From positions 52,268,001 to 52,328,000 of the forward strand of contig OZ249436.1 of assembly GCA_965235115.1 (NCBI GenBank): 60,000 nucleotides of DNA, in the 5' to 3' direction. Shown one piece after another: positions 51,733 to 60,000 of this stretch. The notes beneath the pieces are model-generated. The model was given only the letters and a program-made list of their open reading frames with translations, was not told the origin of the DNA and did no database searches. Position 1 is the first letter of the stretch, and each line of letters begins with the position of its first letter. A program made the position numbers and the translations under genes. Source of the DNA: Laetmonice hystrix (Eukaryota).

Positions 51733-54260
51733 ATGAACTGCTGGGCCTTCCTCACTCTGGTGGTACACGCCATATTCACTCAACACACAGACGGTGCATT
51801 TCAAGGTAAGCTTTTCGTTCGTTCTTAGTTCTTGTTCTTCTTCTTGTTCTTCTTCTTGTTCTTCACCGTGTTCTTCTATTTCGTGTTCGTCGTCGTCGTC
51901 GTCGTCTTCTTAAAATTATCCCAGTTGAACAGCCAATGAAATTCATCGGGCGATGAATATGATTGGCTCTTCTCCAACTGGAATGTCGAATTTCATTAAA
52001 TTTCCCCAGTTCTGTGGGTAAACATGCATTGATTTATGTAGTCTAATGCCCCTGATCCACCGGTGGCGACTGCTTCGCAACTGACTAGCCTAAAGAATCA
52101 AAGTTGCGAATCAGTCACAAACAAAACTTTGCAACTGATTCGCAACTTTGATGACAAGTTGCGAATCAGTCGCGAAAGCTGATCCACCGGAAAATACAGT
52201 TGCCATGTTCCAGTCGCCAGTGGGCGAAATCAAACCTGTTTGATTTCACCAAGGGAGGTTGCTAACAGGTTGCAAAGCCAGGCGAGTTGCAAAGCCAGTT
52301 GCGAACCCCTCATGACAGGTGATCCACCAAAATAGTGTCAACTGTGGGACTTCCCCGAGTTGCGAACAGGTTGCCAATAGGTTGCCAACGAGTTGCAAGG
52401 CCAAGTTGCCAGCGGTGGATCAGGGGCATAAGGGTTTATCTAACCTAACAACCCAGGTCTACATTTTGGAGTCATTGAAAGGATAGATACTCGGTGATTC
52501 CTTTATGTGTTTTAAACAAAGAAAAGATACACCGATTTCGTTTATCGAAAGGACTAAACTGTATTTGCTTGATGTTTTTCGCTATAAAACCCCCTTGGAC
52601 TTTCTTTTGTGTCGTTTGTATATTTGGTTATTTTATTTTATATATTTTTAATATAATTTTAAGTGTACGGTCGTATATATCCGTTGGCCTACCTGAACGT
52701 CTCTTACTCTGCTCTGTTAAAGCCTATCAGCCCAATGATGATGGTCGGGTGAGTGTGGGCGAGTTCCGACCGGAACCTACCGTCGTCTCAAAGGAGTACC
52801 AGGTCAGGCATGAACAGTCGACGGATGTCGAGGCTAAGGAAGGTGGTTATGGTTACGGTCTCAACGGCCACGGGCACGGATACGGAAACGGTGGACGTCA
52901 TGGAAACGGGAACGGGTACGGGAAGGGCGGCGACGGTGGCCACTTCGGCGGGGTACATGGCGGAAACTCTCTCGGCAAGGGATTTGGTGGTGATTCCATC
53001 AGCAAGAATACTGGCAATGTGTATGTTGGGTACAGCAGTCAATATGGGGGTGGCAGTTACGGTGGGAATGGACAGATTAGTCACTCGGCCGACAAGGGTC
53101 ATGAATACAGTGAATACAACACCGACTTTGGAGGTGGTACATCCGGTGTGAGTGGACACGGAGGTGGTACGTACGGTGGGAGTGGACACGGAGGTGGTAC
53201 GTACGGTAGGAGTGGACACGGAGGTGGTACGTACGGTGTGAGTGGACACGGAGGTGGTACGTACGGTGTGACTGGACACGGAGGTGGTACCTACGGTGGG
53301 AGAGGACACGGTGTGCGGGGACACGGAGGTGGTACGTACGGTATGAGTGGACACGGAGGTGGTACGTATGGTGGGAGCGGACACGGTGTGAGTGGACACG
53401 GAGGTGGTACGCACGGTGGGAGTGGACACGGAGGTGGTACGCACGGTGTGAGTGGACACGGAGGTGGTACGTACGGTGTGAGTAGACACATGGGTGTTAC
53501 GTACGGTGGGAGTGGACACGGAGGTGGTAAGTACAGTGGGAGTGGACACGGAGGTGCTACGTACGGTGGGAGTGGACACGGAGGTGGCGGAAGTAAAGGA
53601 ACCTCTGCAGGAGGTGACCAAGGAGGGAGTGACGCAGGCCACTATGATGGAAGTGGATATGGTAAGGGTGGACACTCAGAACGGGGTGGGCAGGGTGGTC
53701 ACCTAGGCAGGGATGGACAGGGTGGTCACTCAGGAGCGGATGGACACGGTGGTCTCTTAGGTGGTGGTCACTTAGCTGGTGGTCACTTAGGGAGTGGTTA
53801 CTTAGCTGGACCGGGTGGGCACTCAGGAGGGGGTACAGTGGGGACAGGCGCCTTTGTTCCAGTCGGCGTCCATGGAGGTGCGGGTGGATACGAAGGGCGT
53901 AGCACACAAGACGGCGGGCTCATGTGGCTCGGTGGCTCCCATACCCAAGGGAAGGGCGATCATTCGGGCAAAGGCCAGTCGTCCCACGCCTGGAACGGCA
54001 AGACCAAACAGGAGTACCAAAAGGGGGCTTCAGACACCTACAGCCATGATGGCACGAAAACGAAAAAATACAACTATGGCGGATCTGGCTGGTATAAGGA
54101 GACGAGCAAGGGAGAGGTGACGGCATTAGGGAGCACTGGAGGCCAAGGCGCATCTAAATTTGGTGGAGAAAAACATGGCTCCCACAAACGGGTCTCAGAT
54201 ATTAATCACGGCAGCAAGGACCAAACTGGAGGCCACAAGCATTACTACGGCTACAGTTAA
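51733..54260 (+). CDS. Secreted Gly/His/Ser/Tyr-rich protein, paralog 6 (536 aa) with GVSGHGGGTY decapeptide repeats; exons 51733-51805 and 52723-54260
   Basis: Exon 1 MNCWAFLTLVVHAIFTQHTDGAFQ|g-gtaagc. Phase-1 acceptor ctgttaaag|52723 is in frame with ORF 52494-54260. Ends GGHKHYYGYS*. AATAAA at ~54347. Confidence 0.88.
52047..52428. mobile_element. PIF/Harbinger-type MITE (382 bp, TAA TSD) in the paralog 6 intron
   Basis: taa|tgcccctgatccaccg ... cggtggatcaggggca|taa; the empty site with a single taa is at 57500-57502 in paralog 7. Confidence 0.92.
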
Positions 54261-57123
54261 GATAATCATAAGATAATCGGTCACCCAGGAACCTACATTT
54301 GTAATGGCATTATGAGCCGAGTGGGTAATCCTGGTTAATCATGGTTAATAAAAAGAATGAAAAAAGGATGCAACGAATCTAGCCACATTAACGTTATGAC
54401 CCATGCATTGACTTGAATTAACAGTTTAGAAAATTAAAGGAACGAAACATCGATGCACTTAATTATTAGTTTACGAGAAGAAAAGAAATTGAGTTTACTG
54501 CCGTGCATTGCTGATCGTTGCGCGACGTCGTGATGGGACGACTCCATGATGTACGACTTCTCCATAGAGACGGTCTCTATCTCCGACAGAGTATTACTGG
54601 CTATATGAACTTATATTGTTAATCAGCTGGATGGCAGACGTCGAGCTCTCAGAGGGTATGGCTGATGAACTAAACGCTGATGAATTACAGATCGTCAGGG
54701 TGTTCTTGTTTGATTCAAAGGAGAAATGTACAACAAATGATTATTAAAACAATGAATATGAAATGTGAATGGACGTCTGTATTATTGCCTTTGTTTTACC
54801 CCACACCTGCATTCTATAACAATAGGGCCTATCATTTATATATGTCATTGACACGACACGTCACCGTCACACAGAAGGAAAGATACTACATTAAAGCTTT
54901 GTCCTGTAACTTTTATCATTTTTGAACGCGGTTAACTTGATACAATGTAACTCGGCAATCTTCCTCCAGTCTTTTATCACTGAGCACCAGTGTCTTGAAC
55001 ATTGCATGTAAAATCCTGCTTGGGTCGGTTCCATTGCCTTCAACGCTTAAAGGCACAGGCTTGTCGAAAATCCCGTTAGGAATGCCCCCCCCCCTCCAAG
55101 AAGTCATATGTCGAACATGACATCTGTGTCAATATCACGGGCTTCAGCAGCGCCGCCATTCTGGTACTTTCCGGAAGTCCGCTGACGTCACAGAGTCATT
55201 AATGTTCCTGTCTATATCTATTAGCGCATGCGCATGCGCATGCGCATGCGCATGCTGCTGTCTGCCAGCAACCGAGCAGACCTATCCTGAATCAATCAAG
55301 CTCGGGGTTGTCGGTATACATAGAACCTATAGGGCTAGGCTACAGGCGGCCAGGGCAGGCGGGTGATGGGGCCAGTCCCACGAGAGACTGGACAAGTAGG
55401 CCTACAGACAGGGAGGCAGGGGGTTGGCCGATCCTGCGGTGCGAGTGTCCCAACGCGTGTTGACGGGTGACTGGAGCCTTTCGGCTGCCAGTAGCAAGTA
55501 GGCCTACGAGTCATCGCCATCAGGGTAAATCGATGTCGACCAAATCCCCGAAACAACCAAGGGATTTTCTTTGTAATATCACTATCCCTAACCAGGCTAA
55601 TTCTAACCCTTTTTGAAAAGACTAACTAATAAACGCAAAACGTCTGCTCACTGCCCGGATCTGAGTGCCCGTTCGTGGCCAGGGTGGGGTCCAGCCGGGC
55701 TGCGCTCTGTCAACATCACACCTCCGAGCGTACGATAGTTATGACTTAAATGCAGGCAGCCGAAACCTACGGCAGCCTGGTATATCGAACGGAAGGACAA
55801 ATACAAGACTTGTTTAGGTGGGACCTACGTGTTCTTCCGAGTGCCAGCAAATGGCGATAAGAACAATCCTGTGACTCCCTGTGACTCTCGAAAACATTGC
55901 AAGGTTTCATGTTTCATGGACACACATAATTCTTTAATAACCTAGTTGCAGAGCCAATGAAGGATATGGTGCTACAAGGGCCTAACCCACTCTGTTCAAC
56001 ATGGAGGATTCTGCAAGCTGATGCACAACCATCCGTCATACCAGCCCTCAGTCAATTCGTCGGCAGTGGGGGCACTTTTTCAAAAGCTGACGATGCGATA
56101 TTGCGGGTTGATACAATCGTGAATTACCATAAAGTTATCCAAAAGATTAAAAAACCAATGAACAATAGGTTTTAATGACAAAAGGGGATTTTTGATGGTG
56201 ACATGGTATGGAATCAAAAATGGGGGAAACCGGCACCTTCCCTCATAGAACTAGGTCTATTGCGAGCAAGTTCCTAAAATACATCCTTGGTCGTTGTTGT
56301 GTTAGGGTCGTTCTACTGGTCCCGCATGTTGGTACAGACGGTCCTTCAGCCCCGAGAGTGGTTGAACAAAGTCGGCGGAGATCTGGCAGACACGACACGT
56401 GCAATAACGTTATGAACTGATGGCCAAGACGGTATATCACATGCAATGGAAATGCACTCGCGCTGAAGATGAGTGCAGTGGCATCCCTCCCCTCGAAGCA
56501 GAATACAGTTGTACCACTCGTGGTAAAGAAGAGTTCAGTATGTTGCGCTAAATAGTTTAGTACATTCCATTTTCCAACCCTCGTTCAAAGTGAGGTCCAG
56601 TGTATATACAACGCTCCCCTGCTTACCTTCTTTGGACGAAAAGAAATGTACAGAATTTGTCCTGGAAGATCGCATCCTGAAAGCTCTTTTCAACTCGTGT
56701 GAATTCTAAACTAGAAGTATCCGCCTGCGTGTCCCAGAAGAACCGGAGACATTGTTCGTTTCGACCATACCAACCATGTGGACGTCCTGACGTTGGCGTG
56801 ACTGCCAAACTGTGAACCGCTCTCCCTCCATCCATATTCAAACACATCGTTGCCTAAACTGCTGGGCCCTTTTAAAATGACGTTAGAGCTAGATCGCCAG
56901 CAGTTCCGAAAGAAAATATATGAATACTTTTAATCTAATATCGATGGTAATGTCTATGATGCAAATCTGCCACGCTTCTCTCGCAGATTACAATTCGCTG
57001 CCTTCTCTGATAGCCTATTATGAATAGAACGACTAGCTAGAAATCCTATTGTATAAATATGTAAAACACCAGTCAAATATGGATATCCATTGAGCATGTT
57101 AAAAGCAGTTTAAGATGCTGCCC

Positions 57124-57132
57124 TATATAAAA
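57124..57132 (+). promoter_or_regulatory. TATA box of paralog 7
   Basis: tatataaaa 88 nt upstream of the ATG at 57212. Confidence 0.7.
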
Positions 57133-57211
57133 GCCCGTTGAAGTGACCGATGTGCAGTTCCAAGCCAAACGTCTGTGATCTTTAAACGAAGTCCGTGGGC
57201 GTCCGTCAGCA

Positions 57212-59626
57212 ATGAACTGGGCCTTCCTCACTCTGGTGGTACACGCCATATTCACTCAACACACAGACGGTGCATTTCAAGGTAAGCTTTTTCATTCATT
57301 CTGAGTTCTTTATCTTCTTGTTCTTGTTCTTGTTCTTGTTCTTGGTGTACGTGTTCGTCTTCTTCTTAAAATTGTTCCAGTTGGACAGCCAATGAAATTC
57401 ATCGGGCGATGAATATCATTGGCGCTTCTGCAACTGGAATGATGAATTTCATTAAATTTCCCCAGTTCTGTGGGTAAACACTAATTGATTTATGTAGTCT
57501 AAGAGCTAATCTAACTTAACAACCCAGATCTACATACGAAAAGAGACATCGATTTCGTTTATCTAAGGGCCTAAACTATGTGCTTGACGTTTTTCGCTGT
57601 GAAACCCCCTTGGACTTTCCTTTTGTTTCGTTTGTATATTTTGTTATTTTATTTTATATATTTTTAATGCTCACAATGTTGCACCACACAGCGAGTTGTG
57701 TACAGTCGTATGTATCCGTTGGCCTACCTGAACGTCTCTTACTGCTGCTCTGTTAAAGCCTATCAGCCCAATGATGAGGGTCGGGTGAGTGTGGGCGAGT
57801 TCCGACCGGAACCTACCGTCGTCTCCAAGGAGTACCAGGCCAGGCATGAACAGTCGACGGATGTCGAGGCTAAGGAAGGTGGTTATGGTTACGGTCTCAA
57901 CGGTCACGGGCACGGATACGGAAACGGTGGACGTCATGGAAACGGGAACCGGTACGGGAAGGGCGGCGACGGTGGCCACTTCGGCGGGGTACATGGCGGA
58001 AACTCTCTCGGCAAGGGATTTGGTGGTGATTCCATCAGCAAGAATACTGGCAATGTGTATGTTGGGTACAGCAGTCAATATGGGGGTGGCAGTTATGGTG
58101 GGAATGGACAGATTAGTCACTCGGCCGACAAGGGTCATGAATACAGTGAATACAACACCGACTTTGGAGGTGGTACATCCGGTGTGAGTGGACACGGAGG
58201 TGCTACGTACGGTGTGAGTGGACACGGAGGTGGTACGTACGGTGTGAGTGGACACGGAGGTGGTACGTACGGTGTGAGTGGACACGGAGGTGGTACGTAC
58301 GGTGTGAGTGGACACGGAGGTGGTACGTACGGTGTCAGTGGACACGGAGGTGGTACGTCCGGTGTGAGTGGACACGGAGGTGGTACGTACGGTGTGAGTG
58401 GACACGGAGGTGGTACGTACGGTGTGAGTGGACACGGAGGTGGTACGTACGGTGTGAGTGGACACGGAGGTGCTACGTACGGTGTGAGTGGACACGGAGG
58501 TGCTACGTACGGTGTGAGTGGACACGGAGGTGCTACGTACGGTGTGAGTGGACACGGAGGTGCTACGTACGGTGTGAGTGGACACGGAGGTGCTACGTAC
58601 GGTGGGAGTGGACACGGAGGTGCTACGTACGGTGGGAGTGGACACGGAGGTGCTACGTACGGTGGGAGTGGACACGGAGGTGCTACGTACGGTGTGAGTG
58701 CACACGGAGGTGCTACGTACGGTCTGACTGGACACGGAGGTGGTACGTACGGTGGGAGTGGACACGGAGGTGCTACATACGGTGGGAGTGGACACGGAGG
58801 TGCTACATACGGTGGGAGTGCACACGGAGGTGCTATGTACGGTGTGAGTGCACACGGAGGTGCTACGTACGGTGGGAGTGGACAAGGAGGTGCTACGTAC
58901 GGTGGGAGTGGACACGGAGGTGCTACGTACGGTGGGAGTGGACACGGAGGCGGCGGAAGTAAAGGAACCTCTACAGGAGGTGACCGAGGAGGGAGTCACG
59001 CAGGGGGCGGTGGTCATGCTGGCCGCTATGATGGAAGTGGATATGGTAAGGGTGGACACTCAGAACGGGGTGGGCAGGGTGGTCACCTAGGGAGTGGTCA
59101 TCTAGGAGGGGATGGACAGGGTGGGCACTCAGGAGGGGATACAGTGGGGACAGGCGCCTTTGTTAAAAGTTATAACTATCGGGGTTTCTCGACAGGGTCA
59201 GGTTATGGTAAAAACGACGGCGGTGCAGTCGGCGGCCATGGAGGTGCGGGTGGATACGAAGGGCGTAGCACACAAGACGGCGGGCTCATGTGGCTCGGTG
59301 GCTCCCATACCCAAGGGAAGGGCGATCATTCGGGCAAAGGCCAGTCGTCCCACGCCTGGAACGGCAAGACCAAACAGGAGTACCAAAAGGGGGCTTCAGA
59401 CACCTACAGCCATGATGGCACGAAAACGAAAAAATACAACTATGGCGGATCTGGCTGGTATAAGGAGACGAGCAAGGGAGAGGTGACGGGATTAGGGAGC
59501 GCTGGAGGCCAAGGCGCATCTAAGTTTGGTGGAGAAAAACATGGCTCCCACAAACGGGTCTCAGATATTAATCACAGCAGCAAGGACCAAACTGGAGGCC
59601 ACAAGCATTACTACGGCTACAGTTAA
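57212..59626 (+). CDS. Secreted Gly/His/Ser/Tyr-rich protein, paralog 7 (645 aa) with expanded decapeptide repeats; exons 57212-57281 and 57759-59626
   Basis: Exon 1 MNWAFLTLVVHAIFTQHTDGAFQ|g-gtaagc. Acceptor ctgttaaag|57759 is in frame with ORF 57698-59626. Ends GGHKHYYGYS*. AATAAA at ~59713. Confidence 0.88.
58181..58950 (+). repeat. Coding 30-bp minisatellite, ~25 units (about 15 unit-lengths at 53144-53585 in paralog 6)
   Basis: Unit ggtgtgagtggacacggaggtg(g/c)tacgtac = G(V/G)SGHGG(G/A)TY. Confidence 0.95.
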
Positions 59627-60000
59627 GATAATCATAAGATAATCGGTCACCCAGGAACCTACATTTGTAATGGCATTATGAGCCGAGTGGGTAATCATGG
59701 TTAATCATGGTTAATAAACAAAATGAAAAAAGGATGCAACGAATCTAGCCACATTAACGTTATGACCCATGCATGTACTTGAATTAACAGGTTAGAAAAT
59801 TAAAGGAACGAAACATCGATGCACTTAATTATTAGTTTACGAGAAGAAAAGAAATTGAGTTTACTGCCGTGCATTGCTGATCGTTGCGCGACGTCGTGAT
59901 GGGACGACTCCATGATATACGACTTCTCCATAGGGACGGTCTCTATCTCCGACAGAGTATTACTGGCTATATGAACTTATATTGTTAATCAGTTAAATGG

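Larger units (their letters stand above)
50820..54634 (+). repeat. Segmental duplication unit A (promoter, paralog 6, 3' flank); unit B is 56281 to at least 60000
   Basis: Colinear high identity from acatccttggtcgttgt (50820 and 56281) through ctatatgaacttatattgttaatcag (54601 and 59967). Confidence 0.92.

Noticed and set aside
52494..52722. N-terminal extensions of ORF-track proteins upstream of the splice acceptors (also 15956-15995, 34016-34073, 57698-57758)
   Set aside because: Intronic T-rich sequence with non-ATG starts; not conserved in frame between paralogs 6 and 7.
14218..59626. Assigning gene symbols or orthology (Nvjp-1, squid HBP, vertebrate HRG, hornerin/filaggrin)
   Set aside because: The similarity is compositional only; I cannot show sequence homology without a search.

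Overview
Eukaryotic, repeat-rich invertebrate-type genomic DNA with GT-AG introns; the species cannot be determined from the sequence. Positions 167-1830 hold the last three coding exons of a divergent ionotropic glutamate receptor-family gene. The main feature is a tandem array of seven + strand paralogous genes (14218-59626, possibly continuing past the window). Each has a short signal-peptide exon, a phase-1 intron and one large exon encoding a secreted Gly/His/Tyr-rich protein with no Cys after the signal peptide (reconstructed lengths 300, 275, 244, 516, 305, 536 and 645 aa). All seven end in the same indel-free 111-residue C-terminal domain centred on K-x-Y-x-Y-G-G-x-G-W-[YF]-K-E and ending H-K-x-Y-[YL]-G-x-x-stop. 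The architecture suggests a structural or biomaterial protein family (metal-binding, sclerotising or coacervating); that function is inference. Intergenic and intronic DNA holds many non-autonomous DNA transposons with readable TIRs and TSDs (Academ-like, hAT-like, Kolobok-like, Harbinger-like, Tc1/mariner-like, Ginger-like), several of them nested, plus three minisatellites. Most ORFs in the supplied track are shadow frames or repeats.
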